A stretch of 64,000 nucleotides of DNA, taken from the sequence record LR745206.1. The stretch is one strand, 5' to 3'. Under the pieces are notes generated by a model. The model saw only the letters and a program-made list of their open reading frames with translations. It was not told where the DNA came from and did not search any database. Position numbers and translations under genes: made by a program. Shown here piece after piece: positions 10,542 to 20,810 of this stretch; position 1 is the stretch's first letter, and each line of letters starts with the position of its first letter.

Positions 10542-11096
10542 ATGAAAAAGTTTAGTAAAATAACAAATCAAAAGGTTAACGAGGAGCCTAAAATTGATGT
10601 TAGGATTGATGAAGCAAAGGTTATCAAATATAAGATGATCGATTTGATGGATAGATTTCTTTCAGTTACTACATATGGACCAATCGATAGATATCAAAGA
10701 GCTGGTCTAATTAAAATATCTGGGAAAGAGATGTTAGCTGAGGCTATTGCTGATATGTTAGCTGATGTTTCAACTAAAGAGAAAACAATTCTATTAGAGT
10801 CATTAAAATCTAAAATAGGAGACTGGGAAGAGATCGATAATCAAATTGAATCTTTGAATAAAGAAAAGATATTAATCACAAATAAAAGCAAAATGTCTAA
10901 ATTATTAGAAATGTATGGTGATGATGAAGAGATGTTAATAACATTGGTTGAAGCTAAATCAAAAAAGATTACAGACAAAAAAACATTAATTGACTACAAT
11001 ACATTAATATCAGAGAATAAAACATTAAATGATGAGACTAAAGCTAGAATGGTGGAAATATATACCGAAAGAATTAAACAAATAGAGGCTATTTGA
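10542..11096 (+). CDS. hypothetical protein
   Basis: ATG 10542 in frame with ORF 10527; TAATATATAT at 10511-10520. Confidence 0.65.
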   Translation: MKKFSKITNQKVNEEPKIDVRIDEAKVIKYKMIDLMDRFLSVTTYGPIDRYQRAGLIKISGKEMLAEAIADMLADVSTKEKTILLESLKSKIGDWEEIDNQIESLNKEKILITNKSKMSKLLEMYGDDEEMLITLVEAKSKKITDKKTLIDYNTLISENKTLNDETKARMVEIYTERIKQIEAI

Positions 11097-11617
11097 ATAA
11101 AACCTTTATGGATTTAAAAATAGATTGGTATCCTACTCAAGAGGATTTATTTAGTGACATCATATACAATAGTGATAACCCTGTTGTTATCAAAACCGAG
11201 AAAATATTCAAAGAGGGTGATAAAGTTAAAAAGGTTTTAATAACCGAAAAATTTGAACTTACATCCAATGATTTTCTTTCTGAATTAAGAAAGGGTAAAA
11301 CTGAGACAATTGAATTCAAACAAAGAGGATTTCTTAAACTATTTCGTAAATATAATTTAAAGTACTTAGAGAATAGATTATCGGGAATTGATACATCAGT
11401 TTATAATTGGATTATTATGAATTCTAAAGTAAGAGAGTCTTTAATAGGTTCTAAATTATTATTTTGTAGTGGATTCGAAGGTAGTAATCTAATATTGGAT
11501 GATAGATTGGGTGATGAAATCATATTTGGATCTAGACTATCAAAATGTATTGTTAATAAAAAAACAGGTGAGTATTATATTGATACTAAAGAGGTAACAA
11601 TATTATCTTTAGTTTAA
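11093..11617 (+). CDS. hypothetical protein
   Basis: 174-aa ORF coupled to the upstream stop. Confidence 0.6.
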   Translation: MNKTFMDLKIDWYPTQEDLFSDIIYNSDNPVVIKTEKIFKEGDKVKKVLITEKFELTSNDFLSELRKGKTETIEFKQRGFLKLFRKYNLKYLENRLSGIDTSVYNWIIMNSKVRESLIGSKLLFCSGFEGSNLILDDRLGDEIIFGSRLSKCIVNKKTGEYYIDTKEVTILSLV

Positions 11618-11931
11618 GCTTTTTTGAACCATTTGTCTTTTGATCCACTAATTAGCATAAATAATTCACTTTCTGATATATCTGGTGTGTAATCCTCCGA
11701 CTCTTTATAATGTTTTTTATAATCACCTTGTAATATTAATTGGTATTTTTCACTACCATCTATTGTGAAATTTATCATTAGTGTAAATGGGTTAATAAGC
11801 TTACAAGATGGGTTGGTAATAACTTTATATTTACCCTTTTCCATCATTTTAGATCCCCAAGATTTTATACGCTTACCAATTTTATATCTAATTCGATTAC
11901 CACCTACTTTTAATACTGAATTTTCTATCAT
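11614..11931 (-). CDS. hypothetical protein
   Basis: 105-aa ORF in minus-strand run. Confidence 0.55.
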   Translation of the reverse strand: MIENSVLKVGGNRIRYKIGKRIKSWGSKMMEKGKYKVITNPSCKLINPFTLMINFTIDGSEKYQLILQGDYKKHYKESEDYTPDISESELFMLISGSKDKWFKKA

Positions 11932-11945
11932 ACTTTATATATTTT

Positions 11946-12404
11946 TTATTCTATACCAAGTTTTCTAAGTTTAGCATCTCTTTTCATTGATTCATCTACA
12001 ACCAATTCTATATCCTTTTTCGATATCCACTTTTTTTGCATAAATTGTATTATACCACTTTTGTTTTTTGGATCCCTTCCAACTTTATCATTTGGTGTAA
12101 AGTCAACAGCATTAACTTTAACCTTATCAACAGAAACATCAATTATTTCTACTTCATATGTTACTTTAAAGCTTTCATTGCTCTCAGTGTAAATGAGTGA
12201 ATAATCAGGAATGATGGCTCTATCACCAACATCAATTGAAAGAATCTCTTCACTATCATATTTGGTTTTATCCAACTCCACTTTAAGTTTGTTATTCTTA
12301 TTTATTAACAAACAATTATTTGAATACATATGTTTAATTACTGATAAGCTAATAATTAAACCGATAAGTAATAAACCAATTACTATTATATAGAATATTT
12401 CCAT
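11946..12404 (-). CDS. TM hypothetical protein with C-terminal RDxKL tag
   Basis: N-terminal TM; ends RDAKLRKLGIE. Confidence 0.7.
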   Translation of the reverse strand: MEIFYIIVIGLLLIGLIISLSVIKHMYSNNCLLINKNNKLKVELDKTKYDSEEILSIDVGDRAIIPDYSLIYTESNESFKVTYEVEIIDVSVDKVKVNAVDFTPNDKVGRDPKNKSGIIQFMQKKWISKKDIELVVDESMKRDAKLRKLGIE

Positions 12405-12405
12405 T

Positions 12406-12681
12406 TTATACCTCGTAATATAACTCTGAATAAATTGGAGATCTTCTTATAATTTCTCTTATTAGTTCAAGTCCTATATCTTGTAAAGCTATTTTGACAA
12501 CATCATCATCAAAATTCTTTTCTAAAATATCACCACTTGTTAGTTTTTTCATATCAGATTTAGTGATATAAATGTTAGTGCTTCCGTATTGTGAACCACC
12601 CTTTGGCCACTGGTGTGTCAGTGATCCAGATTTACAAAGATTTGTAAATGTTGTTTCTGTTAATAAAATTCTACTTTCCAT
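12406..12681 (-). CDS. hypothetical protein
   Basis: 91-aa ORF. Confidence 0.6.
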   Translation of the reverse strand: MESRILLTETTFTNLCKSGSLTHQWPKGGSQYGSTNIYITKSDMKKLTSGDILEKNFDDDVVKIALQDIGLELIREIIRRSPIYSELYYEV

Positions 12682-12691
12682 ATTGTATTTA

Positions 12692-12904
12692 TCATTTTTT
12701 TGAATTAAGTTTAGATCCTAAACAGATATTATCTTCATTAATTTCTGATTCATATCCCCAAACATCTTTGGTTATCATGTGACAGGCATGTTCACCATCT
12801 TTAATCTTATTAATACTATCTAATGATTTGACATAATTCGGCCAATTTTTACTATGTTGGTCGTTTTTAGTCCATGGACATTCACTACAAGGCTTTCTAC
12901 ACAT
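12692..12904 (-). CDS. Cys-rich small protein, likely metal-binding
   Basis: CRKPCSECPW...HACH...C. Confidence 0.65.
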   Translation of the reverse strand: MCRKPCSECPWTKNDQHSKNWPNYVKSLDSINKIKDGEHACHMITKDVWGYESEINEDNICLGSKLNSKK

Positions 12905-12924
12905 GAGTTTGGTTACTTTTTATA

Positions 12925-12932
12925 CAAAAATA
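12925..12932 (-). promoter_or_regulatory. Bacteroidota-type -7 promoter element
   Basis: TATTTTTG (TAnnTTTG) 20 nt upstream of ATG 12904. Confidence 0.55.
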
Positions 12933-13046
12933 GTCAAAATAATTGTATTTTCTAAACTTTTTTCTAAACTTTTTAAAACATAAGCCAGGCTTATGTATGT
13001 AAGAAACATACGTTAAAAGACGTAATAAAAAAAATACATAGACGGC

Positions 13047-13319
13047 ATGAATAAAGCAGAACTAGTTAGCTCAATTTCTGAAAAAACAGGTCTTACGAAA
13101 ACTAAATCAAATGAAGTGATTGATGCTCTTTTATCTTCGATTAAAGAGTCACTAAGTGATGGCGAAAAGGTTACTTTGGTTGGTTTCGGTACATTTACAA
13201 CATCTAAAAGAGATGCACGTAAAGGTAGAAATCCTAAGACTGGCGAATCTATTGACATCCCCGCTAAAACGGTAGCCCGTTTCAAAGCTGGTTCGGACTT
13301 GTCAAAGAGTGTTAATTAA
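13047..13319 (+). CDS. hup: HU family DNA-binding protein
   Basis: MNKAELV...VTLVGFGTF...RKGRNPKTGE...F signature. Confidence 0.95.
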   Translation: MNKAELVSSISEKTGLTKTKSNEVIDALLSSIKESLSDGEKVTLVGFGTFTTSKRDARKGRNPKTGESIDIPAKTVARFKAGSDLSKSVN

Positions 13320-13338
13320 TTTTAACAGACAGAAATTT

Positions 13339-13371
13339 AAAAACCCACTAATATAATTAGTGGGTTTTTTT
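13339..13371. terminator. bidirectional intrinsic terminator
   Basis: AAAAACCCACTAAT-ATA-ATTAGTGGGTTTTT perfect stem. Confidence 0.85.
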
Positions 13372-13539
13372 ATTATAATCCCAGGGACAATTCAGACACC
13401 CAGATTTACAACATGATGGTCTAACCATTAGTAAATATTCTTTAGTGAATACTCTTAGATTAACACCATTTATCTCCTTCCAATAAAAATCAACTCCTTC
13501 TATTAAATCACTAGCTTTTAGTCTTTTGTTATCACACAT
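13357..13539 (-). CDS. small Cys-rich protein (DUF5522-like)
   Basis: FTKEYLL..RPSCCKSGCLNCPW. Confidence 0.65.
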   Translation of the reverse strand: MCDNKRLKASDLIEGVDFYWKEINGVNLRVFTKEYLLMVRPSCCKSGCLNCPWDYNKKTH

Positions 13540-13550
13540 AAAACTATATA

Positions 13551-14561
13551 TTAAAAAATATCATATAAGTTATCTTTCCACTCTGGTACAAAATCTAATA
13601 CTTCTTCATCCAATATCCTATCTATCTTTAAATCTCGATTCGTAGCAACTCCAGGCTTAACCTCCAACCAACCCCTGCTGTTCAATTTACCAATTCTGTG
13701 AATTATTCTATTATATGAATACATTTTTGCAGTATTATTAACTATAAAGATATTATTCTTACAATGAGATACAGCATTTTCATAATTTTCATATAGTTTA
13801 TGACCATCATAAGATAGACCACAGCAACTAATATCAACATTTCTGATTAAATCAATGAATGATTTTTTATATATCTCTTCTTTTAAATCTGATTTTATAT
13901 GACCGATTGCTGGTCTTATTAATTGAACTATCTTATCTCCCTTAACCCAACTATGTGGTTCATTTATGACTTTTATATCATTATAAATACTAGATAAGTC
14001 TTTTGGTGTTAGTGATTCGATATATTTGTATTCGTTTTGTGATAGTATATTTTCCACATAATCAATTGATCCAGAACCTAATATGATATCCACATCATGT
14101 ATTTCTCTATCTGAAATAGCATCTCTTACAGCACCTCCAAATATCCTAACGAGTGAGTTTATCGGAAATAATTCATCAGAATTAAACCCAAGGTATTTAT
14201 TAATTTCTTTTCTAACCTTATCACCAAGAGTTACACCAAGACTTCTTATCTTTTGATTTCTACTCTCTGATACATAATCATCTATTGTTATGCTTATTGA
14301 TTTTGATATTTCCTCAACCTTACCAGGCACAAATGATGATTTAATTTTCATATTATACACAACCCATATACTAGGATCAGAAAATTCACCATCTATTAAT
14401 TCTTTACTAGGTTTGTATTTAATAGTGATTATATCAAATGGTATTAGTTTGGAGCAAAAGATCCGTCTATTAAATTCTGGAGCAGTTACGGACTCTATAT
14501 ATTTATGCACTATTCTTTTTATAACATCAGGATCTATTGATGAGTCTTCTAATTTTAACAT
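13551..14561 (-). CDS. nucleotidyltransferase, CCA-adding/poly(A) polymerase head-domain like
   Basis: IFGGAVRDAI..REIHDVDII motif; N-terminal ~110-aa extension ending RNQKIRSLGV. Confidence 0.75.
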   Translation of the reverse strand: MLKLEDSSIDPDVIKRIVHKYIESVTAPEFNRRIFCSKLIPFDIITIKYKPSKELIDGEFSDPSIWVVYNMKIKSSFVPGKVEEISKSISITIDDYVSESRNQKIRSLGVTLGDKVRKEINKYLGFNSDELFPINSLVRIFGGAVRDAISDREIHDVDIILGSGSIDYVENILSQNEYKYIESLTPKDLSSIYNDIKVINEPHSWVKGDKIVQLIRPAIGHIKSDLKEEIYKKSFIDLIRNVDISCCGLSYDGHKLYENYENAVSHCKNNIFIVNNTAKMYSYNRIIHRIGKLNSRGWLEVKPGVATNRDLKIDRILDEEVLDFVPEWKDNLYDIF

Positions 14562-14802
14562 TTCTAATTTCTATTTTAAAGTGGTGTTCTATACTACCAG
14601 GGATTTTCCTATAAAGTATTTTTAATAGTTCATCATCTGATAGAGATTTTCTATCTACTTTATAGTTTATGGTTCTCTTTTTCCTTTTAGTTAGAATATT
14701 TATATGTAAAGTGTCATTAGTTAGTTTATAACTTATGATTTCTTTCGATTCTACTTTACGATTTAGAATTTCTTTTATCTTGGTTTTACTAAAAAGGTTC
14801 AT
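14527..14802 (-). CDS. basic hypothetical protein with C-terminal tag
   Basis: ends RNVKIRRLINRS. Confidence 0.6.
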   Translation of the reverse strand: MNLFSKTKIKEILNRKVESKEIISYKLTNDTLHINILTKRKKRTINYKVDRKSLSDDELLKILYRKIPGSIEHHFKIEIRNVKIRRLINRS

Positions 14803-14806
14803 TTCA

Positions 14807-14814
14807 CAAAAATA
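14807..14814 (-). promoter_or_regulatory. Bacteroidota-type -7 promoter element
   Basis: TATTTTTG just upstream of ATG 14802. Confidence 0.5.
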
Positions 14815-14888
14815 GTTATTTTTTTCCTCATAGAAAAGTTTTTGACTAAATAGTTTTAATATATATGTTATTAAATAATATAAATAAT

Positions 14889-16559
14889 ATGAGATGGATC
14901 AAAAATAGAGACAAGTTTATTAGCGAAGCTAAGATTCGTGATGTTATATTCCCAAGACAGGCAAAGGAAATTAGTAGAAATTGGGGAGAGAAATATCTTG
15001 ATTATGAAGAGGTTGTACCAACTAATAAAATCAAACAAGGTAAGTGGAAATTATCAGAAGAAGATAAACTAAATGTTCTTGGTAAATTCTTTGATTGTGA
15101 TATGGGTAGAGTTTATGAAATATTTACCAATTTACCAGACAAATTAGCTGATATTCTATTTAAGTCAATTGATACTAGTTTACTTGGTAGAAATAAGGAA
15201 AAATATGAAATAATATTAAAAGATTTTAATGTTAAATCACCAACAGTAGATCAAATTGTTGTGCTATATGATAACATCTTTAGAAAATTGTCAGTAAATG
15301 ATACTAAAGGAACGGAGATGTTACAGAGAGATGAGAATGGTAGACCTATTCGTGACGGAGAAGGTAATATGATTAAGATATCTAAAGAGGAAGGAGATCC
15401 TATTTTTTCAAGTAATTTAGTTAATATTAACTCATTTATATCAGATTATAACAATTGTTATCCAGATGCTTCTGTTACAAGAGGAGTATTTGATAGTAGA
15501 GATATATCAAATTTAAGAAACTTAGCAAAGGAAAATCATAATAGTGATTATAAAGTAGATTTTGAAATATTTAACAGAGATGTTTATTTACAGATAAATC
15601 ACAACCCAAAAGATATATTAAATATATCTATATCACAATTCTTTTCATCTTGTCAACATCTATATAGTGGTAGTTATAGAAATCAATTATTAGGAAATGT
15701 TTTTGACCCTAATAGTATTCCAGCATTTTTATTATTTGAAACTCCTATTACTTGGGGCGAAGAAAAAATATCAGAATTTTTACCACTTTCTAGAATGTTT
15801 ATTAGAAATATAGAGTCATTTGATGATTCATCAACTACTAAAATATTCTTTGATAGAGCTTACCCAGATAGAATGAAAGATGTTTTTGGTGAAATGGTGG
15901 AAAAATATAGTGATAATAAAGAAATGGATGAAAGTCCATCATATTACTATTATACACCTGATGTTGAACTTGATGATACTAAGATTAGAGATCCTTATAT
16001 GGATAGACTAAATCTTAGAAAAATGCCTTATATAGGTGTTAATACTAAGTCACTTTATCTGAGTAGAAATTATGATTGGAGTAATGTTAAAGTATCACCT
16101 AATGCTAAGATTAAAGAATTAGTTATCGAAACAACTGATATACCAGAAAACCTGCTAAAAATTAAAATAGAATTGGAATGGGTTAAATTTAGATATTTGA
16201 AAATAAATACATTAAAGAATTTTGAAAATGTTAAAGCAGACGCAATTGCTTTTGATAAATGTAAATTGGATAATAAGATTTTAGAAGATATTAATACCAT
16301 TAATAATAATATAAAGAAATTACAAATTGTTAGTTGTGATATCAGTAATTTTGATGTTTCTATGTTTGCTAATTTGGAAGAATTACAAATGATATACACA
16401 TTAGATTCAATAGAAGATTTAGAAAATGTATTGAAAAATACAAAATTAGAAAAATTAGTAATATCAGGTGATTTGATTAAAAACAAAGACTCAAAAGCTT
16501 TTGTTAACTCATTGAAATCTAAGATGAAAGTGGAAATTGTAGGCCCCGTAGTAATATGA
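14889..16559 (+). CDS. large hypothetical protein, CTS-like N-terminus, LRR-like C-terminus
   Basis: ATG 14889 gives MRWIKNRDKFISEA; LxxLxI periodicity at C-terminus; TAATATATAT at 14857. Confidence 0.7.
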   Translation: MRWIKNRDKFISEAKIRDVIFPRQAKEISRNWGEKYLDYEEVVPTNKIKQGKWKLSEEDKLNVLGKFFDCDMGRVYEIFTNLPDKLADILFKSIDTSLLGRNKEKYEIILKDFNVKSPTVDQIVVLYDNIFRKLSVNDTKGTEMLQRDENGRPIRDGEGNMIKISKEEGDPIFSSNLVNINSFISDYNNCYPDASVTRGVFDSRDISNLRNLAKENHNSDYKVDFEIFNRDVYLQINHNPKDILNISISQFFSSCQHLYSGSYRNQLLGNVFDPNSIPAFLLFETPITWGEEKISEFLPLSRMFIRNIESFDDSSTTKIFFDRAYPDRMKDVFGEMVEKYSDNKEMDESPSYYYYTPDVELDDTKIRDPYMDRLNLRKMPYIGVNTKSLYLSRNYDWSNVKVSPNAKIKELVIETTDIPENLLKIKIELEWVKFRYLKINTLKNFENVKADAIAFDKCKLDNKILEDINTINNNIKKLQIVSCDISNFDVSMFANLEELQMIYTLDSIEDLENVLKNTKLEKLVISGDLIKNKDSKAFVNSLKSKMKVEIVGPVVI

Positions 16560-18187
16560 AAGATTTAAAACACATAAAGTTATTCGAAGCATTCGAATCA
16601 TCAATTTTACCGAAAACACTTGGTTATATAAATCCATCAAGTAGAAGTACTTTTATGCAATATATCAAGAAGATATGTAATGTTATTGATTTCCCAATCT
16701 CTGAATTATCTGATGATTATCTTGAATATTTACCATTCAGTGCAGCTCTAAAAAAAGCTGATATAATAACAGATGAACCTTGTGATGCTACAAGTGGTCA
16801 AGCTTTCCCTGAATATGAAGTTAAAGGTGAGGTTTGTAATAAAGGATCATTGAAAAGAAAATGGGGAACTAGAGTTAGATCAGTAACTTGTCCTGTTTGT
16901 GGTGGTACTGGTGTTAAACCAAAAGTTGGAGAACCTAAATTAATAAAATTTTGGTTTACTAGTGAAGGTGATTATGTTGATACTACTTGTGTTGATGGTG
17001 TTATAAGACCTTCTGGTAGAGAAGGTACTACTGTTAATAGGTTATCAGAAAAAGACTCTGATTATGTTGTTGTTAAAACACTAAATCATAACGAGGTAAG
17101 AAGATTACAAACCGGTAGTTTTGTCAAGATAACACTTGGTGATAGAAATGATACAACATATGCTTATATCTTAAATAGAGGTGGAAATGTATTCGCTATA
17201 CAAAATGTAGCTGAAGGTAGTGGACCATCTCGTTATAATGGTATAGCTAGATATAGTTGGTCAATAGGTAATGGTGAGTATAGAAATGCTATATTAGTTA
17301 ATAGAGTAACTGAGGAAGATAAAACAAGTGTTCCAGATCCATATGATTGGAATACTGGATTTCAGTTTGGTCATAGAGGTATGGTAGCTAGATCAACAAA
17401 TATTGAACCAAATATAAAAAGAGCACACTTTGCTATTGTTATGGATTTTTCCAAATTGAAAAAATCTGAATATAATAAAGCGAAAGATATAAAAACTAAT
17501 AGAGTAGAAGCAAAAGAAGGAACTTTAGCATTTATGTCTGATGAATCTATCAGAAAAGCAAATGTTAATCGATATATTACTAAAATAGCTGCTGGTTTAG
17601 ATGTGAGTGATATTACTAATCTAAATAAAATAGTTAAAAGAATATTAGGGGTTAACTCAACTATCTTTAATATAAGAAGTGGTTATGCAAAGGATTATAT
17701 ATCTAACATAATTGGTTCATATATTGAGATATTTAAAGCTTCTGATGATAGAAAAAATCTTTATATTGAAGAGTTAAACTCTAATATAAAGGAGTATTTT
17801 AAAACTATGAGTGCTAGAAACTCAAATATAAACACAAATGTCTTAGAAATTAAGAAGAAATTATCAAGTAGTGGTAAAAAAGATGAATTAAAAATAATCA
17901 ATTTATTAGAAGAACTGAATAAATCATCATATGATATATTAACTGGTATTAACATTGAAACAATAGAAGATCTAGAAGTTATTTATCAAAAGTTATTAGC
18001 AATTAAAAATATAATAACAGTACGTAGATATGGTCTTGATAGACTTAGTAATGTTATGGATTATATGAATAGAAATGATGAACGTAATTCTTATCAATAT
18101 TTAACTGATCATTATTATGTTGGTGATTATAAAGAAGCAATAATATCGGGATTGGAAACAGCTAATAAAATAGTTAAAAAATTATAA
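16556..18187 (+). CDS. hypothetical protein, CTS-like N-terminus, zinc-ribbon motif
   Basis: MKDLKHIKLFEAFES; CPVCGGTG. Confidence 0.7.
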   Translation: MKDLKHIKLFEAFESSILPKTLGYINPSSRSTFMQYIKKICNVIDFPISELSDDYLEYLPFSAALKKADIITDEPCDATSGQAFPEYEVKGEVCNKGSLKRKWGTRVRSVTCPVCGGTGVKPKVGEPKLIKFWFTSEGDYVDTTCVDGVIRPSGREGTTVNRLSEKDSDYVVVKTLNHNEVRRLQTGSFVKITLGDRNDTTYAYILNRGGNVFAIQNVAEGSGPSRYNGIARYSWSIGNGEYRNAILVNRVTEEDKTSVPDPYDWNTGFQFGHRGMVARSTNIEPNIKRAHFAIVMDFSKLKKSEYNKAKDIKTNRVEAKEGTLAFMSDESIRKANVNRYITKIAAGLDVSDITNLNKIVKRILGVNSTIFNIRSGYAKDYISNIIGSYIEIFKASDDRKNLYIEELNSNIKEYFKTMSARNSNINTNVLEIKKKLSSSGKKDELKIINLLEELNKSSYDILTGINIETIEDLEVIYQKLLAIKNIITVRRYGLDRLSNVMDYMNRNDERNSYQYLTDHYYVGDYKEAIISGLETANKIVKKL

Positions 18188-18193
18188 TAGATT

Positions 18194-18673
18194 ATGAATT
18201 ATAGAGATAACACACCAACTTATAATGTAAATAGACGAGTAGTTAACTTCGGTGACTATTGTAATGACTTTGAGAAGGAAAAAGAAGACTTAAAAAAAGT
18301 TAAGAGATCAATCACACCTAACAGCGATGAGAGACAAAAGTTTCCAAAAAACTCTAGATATAAATTTAACACAATTACTAGAAAGATGGATGATTTAACA
18401 CCAGATATCATTGATGATAAATTAAAATCTATGGAGGAAGTGGATGAGTCTAAAATAAATGAATCATCTATCGATTTTGATGTTTTACATAAGATTACAC
18501 AATTACCAGGATTCAGTAAATTAAAAGAAGATTTCAGAAAGTGTATTGATGAGTTTAATACTGAGTTAAATTCTGCTGCTAGTGAAATTGGTTATGATGA
18601 GGGTGATAGTGATCACAGCTTAGCTTATAATGCTGCAATACAAGAAGCAATAGATGAAATAGTTGGGTGGTAA
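18194..18673 (+). CDS. hypothetical protein
   Basis: 159-aa ORF. Confidence 0.6.
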   Translation: MNYRDNTPTYNVNRRVVNFGDYCNDFEKEKEDLKKVKRSITPNSDERQKFPKNSRYKFNTITRKMDDLTPDIIDDKLKSMEEVDESKINESSIDFDVLHKITQLPGFSKLKEDFRKCIDEFNTELNSAASEIGYDEGDSDHSLAYNAAIQEAIDEIVGW

Positions 18674-19224
18674 TGAAGCACTTAAAAGCATTTGAAGAAT
18701 ATGAATTCCCAAAGAATAAGTGGGAAATTGTTTCATCTAATCCTGTTAAAAAGATAGAAGGTAAAACACTAATAGAATTGGTTGATACTGCATATAAATC
18801 AACACCACTTGGATCTTTTGTTAAAACAATACAAGACGTAGTTAAAAGTGATTGGTTAGTCATCGATTATAATGAAGAATCTGGTGTTGATGCTTGTATA
18901 TTTTACAGAGAGCCTAGAACTAATGAAAATTGGATAGGCAAAAAGATACAAGGTATTGGACATGATGGTGTAAAAGATTCTAAGAAATTGATTATACAAA
19001 AAATGATTGATATTCTAAATAAAGATGGATTTTGGATAGAAGCATCAGATAAGATGGAAGAGGTTCTAGAGAAAAGTTGTGATAGAGTTACTGATGTTAA
19101 TATATTAAAAAAGTTATTCCCAGAATCTAAATTTAGAATCTTAGAAAATGGTCAATATGAGAGAACAATAGAAAGTGGTGAATTTGTTAAAGAATCCGTA
19201 TTTGGAAAACCAAAATTAAAATAA
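18673..19224 (+). CDS. hypothetical protein with CTS-like N-terminus
   Basis: ATG 18673 overlaps upstream stop (TAATG); MKHLKAFEE. Confidence 0.7.
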   Translation: MKHLKAFEEYEFPKNKWEIVSSNPVKKIEGKTLIELVDTAYKSTPLGSFVKTIQDVVKSDWLVIDYNEESGVDACIFYREPRTNENWIGKKIQGIGHDGVKDSKKLIIQKMIDILNKDGFWIEASDKMEEVLEKSCDRVTDVNILKKLFPESKFRILENGQYERTIESGEFVKESVFGKPKLK

Positions 19225-19242
19225 TTTTAGTATATTTATATT

Positions 19243-19734
19243 ATGAAAGTTTTATATATTCACGGATATCAAGCAAGTCCATCAAAACAAAAGGTGGATA
19301 TTCTAAGTAAATATTTTGATAGTGTAACCGCACCACTTATTGATTGGGATGATGAAGAAGATAGAAAACATTTATTTTCGGATCTTATTAAGATAATCAA
19401 AAGAAAAGGAATAACTCATATAATAGGTAGTTCAATGGGTGGTCAAATGGCTTTCTATTTAATAACATATCTAAACAAGACCGGATTATGTTTCAATCCG
19501 TCTTTTAATGGTCGATACAAAGATTATAACTTCGAAGTTAACAGATACTTCAATAAGAAAGTTTTGATTGATCTGGGTAAACATGACAATGTTGTATCAC
19601 CACAAAAAACCATTAAATTTTTACAAGAATCTGAATTCAGTAAAAGTAATATAGTTATAAACTATATAGATAGCGGACACACAATAAACCTTAAAATCTT
19701 TGAGGATTCAATTCAAAAACTAATTAACTTATAA
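19243..19734 (+). CDS. alpha/beta hydrolase, YqiA/UPF0227-like esterase
   Basis: LYIHGY, nucleophile elbow GSSMGG, FNP, D..V, GH. Confidence 0.8.
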   Translation: MKVLYIHGYQASPSKQKVDILSKYFDSVTAPLIDWDDEEDRKHLFSDLIKIIKRKGITHIIGSSMGGQMAFYLITYLNKTGLCFNPSFNGRYKDYNFEVNRYFNKKVLIDLGKHDNVVSPQKTIKFLQESEFSKSNIVINYIDSGHTINLKIFEDSIQKLINL

Positions 19735-19752
19735 CTTATTCACTTCATAACT

Positions 19753-19762
19753 TAATATATAA
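19753..19762 (+). promoter_or_regulatory. WAATATATA motif (putative late-type promoter)
   Basis: TAATATATAA 3 nt before ATG 19766. Confidence 0.5.
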
Positions 19763-19765
19763 GAT

Positions 19766-20290
19766 ATGAAGTATTTAAAGAAATACAAAGCTTTTGAGTT
19801 AAAGTCTTCGACTTACCTATCTGCTGCTGATAAATTATCTAAAAATCATCCAGAAAGATCTAAAAAATTGAGACAATGGGTTGATAACTCTGGTGATGTT
19901 GATATTAACTATCTTGATCCAAGACCATTATACTCAAAGGATAATGTTTATTACATAACAAAGGTTTATGTTCAACCAGATGATACGTTTGGTGGTCTTG
20001 GTAATAATATAGAAGTAACATTAGAGTCTGCTAGTGATATTTACACACTCTGGATATATAATTGGTTATCGGATGGTCAACATCTTACATCAGTAACTAA
20101 TACAATAGAAACTTATGGTACTCCTTGGGCATCACCAGGATATACAAGAAAAGATGATCAACCTATTATGTCTTTTCCAGATAAATTCTATCTAGATGAT
20201 AGAAAATCAGCTAGAATATTTATGGAAATAGTTGAAAAGGAAGCTGGTGAAAAGTTATTATTCTCACTTAATGATATTTATAAAAGCTAA
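19766..20290 (+). CDS. hypothetical protein with CTS-like N-terminus
   Basis: MKYLKKYKAFEL. Confidence 0.7.
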   Translation: MKYLKKYKAFELKSSTYLSAADKLSKNHPERSKKLRQWVDNSGDVDINYLDPRPLYSKDNVYYITKVYVQPDDTFGGLGNNIEVTLESASDIYTLWIYNWLSDGQHLTSVTNTIETYGTPWASPGYTRKDDQPIMSFPDKFYLDDRKSARIFMEIVEKEAGEKLLFSLNDIYKS

Positions 20291-20778
20291 TGAAATACTT
20301 AAAAACATTTGAATCAATTGATGAACTAAGAAGGGAATCTAAGATAAAATCATATATCAGTGAAATAATGCAACCATTAAAGGATGATGGTTGGGTTACT
20401 AAAATAGAAACCAATTGGAACAAAAAGAATGCCGGGCAAGTAATAAACATAGGAACCGATATTAATAGAGATAAAGATAATATTGTGAGATTTGAATATA
20501 GGTTTAAAATAGTTCTTGGTAAAAGAGAAATGAATGAAAATGATAATAACAATCTTTTGGATTGTGTTTACCAAATGTTATCATTTTTGAATTCGGATAA
20601 CGAATATGAATTCGCATTAACACTATTCGCTTATGCTGATATTTGGTCAAAAAAAGATGGAACATCAGCAACCACATTATTAGATACCCAATTATTTATA
20701 AATAATGAGTCTGATATTAATTCAATAGAATTACCAAAGGAATCAGATATATTAGTTTGTGATTTATTTGTTAAATAA
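20290..20778 (+). CDS. hypothetical protein with CTS-like N-terminus (DIFxELxDDG family)
   Basis: MKYLKTFES; EIMQPLKDDG. Confidence 0.7.
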   Translation: MKYLKTFESIDELRRESKIKSYISEIMQPLKDDGWVTKIETNWNKKNAGQVINIGTDINRDKDNIVRFEYRFKIVLGKREMNENDNNNLLDCVYQMLSFLNSDNEYEFALTLFAYADIWSKKDGTSATTLLDTQLFINNESDINSIELPKESDILVCDLFVK

Positions 20779-20807
20779 AAAGAGAGTTGATTGTTCAACT
20801 CTCTTTT
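20778..20807. terminator. bidirectional intrinsic terminator
   Basis: AAAAGAGAGTTGA-TTGT-TCAACTCTCTTTT between convergent genes. Confidence 0.85.
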
Positions 20808-20810
20808 CTT

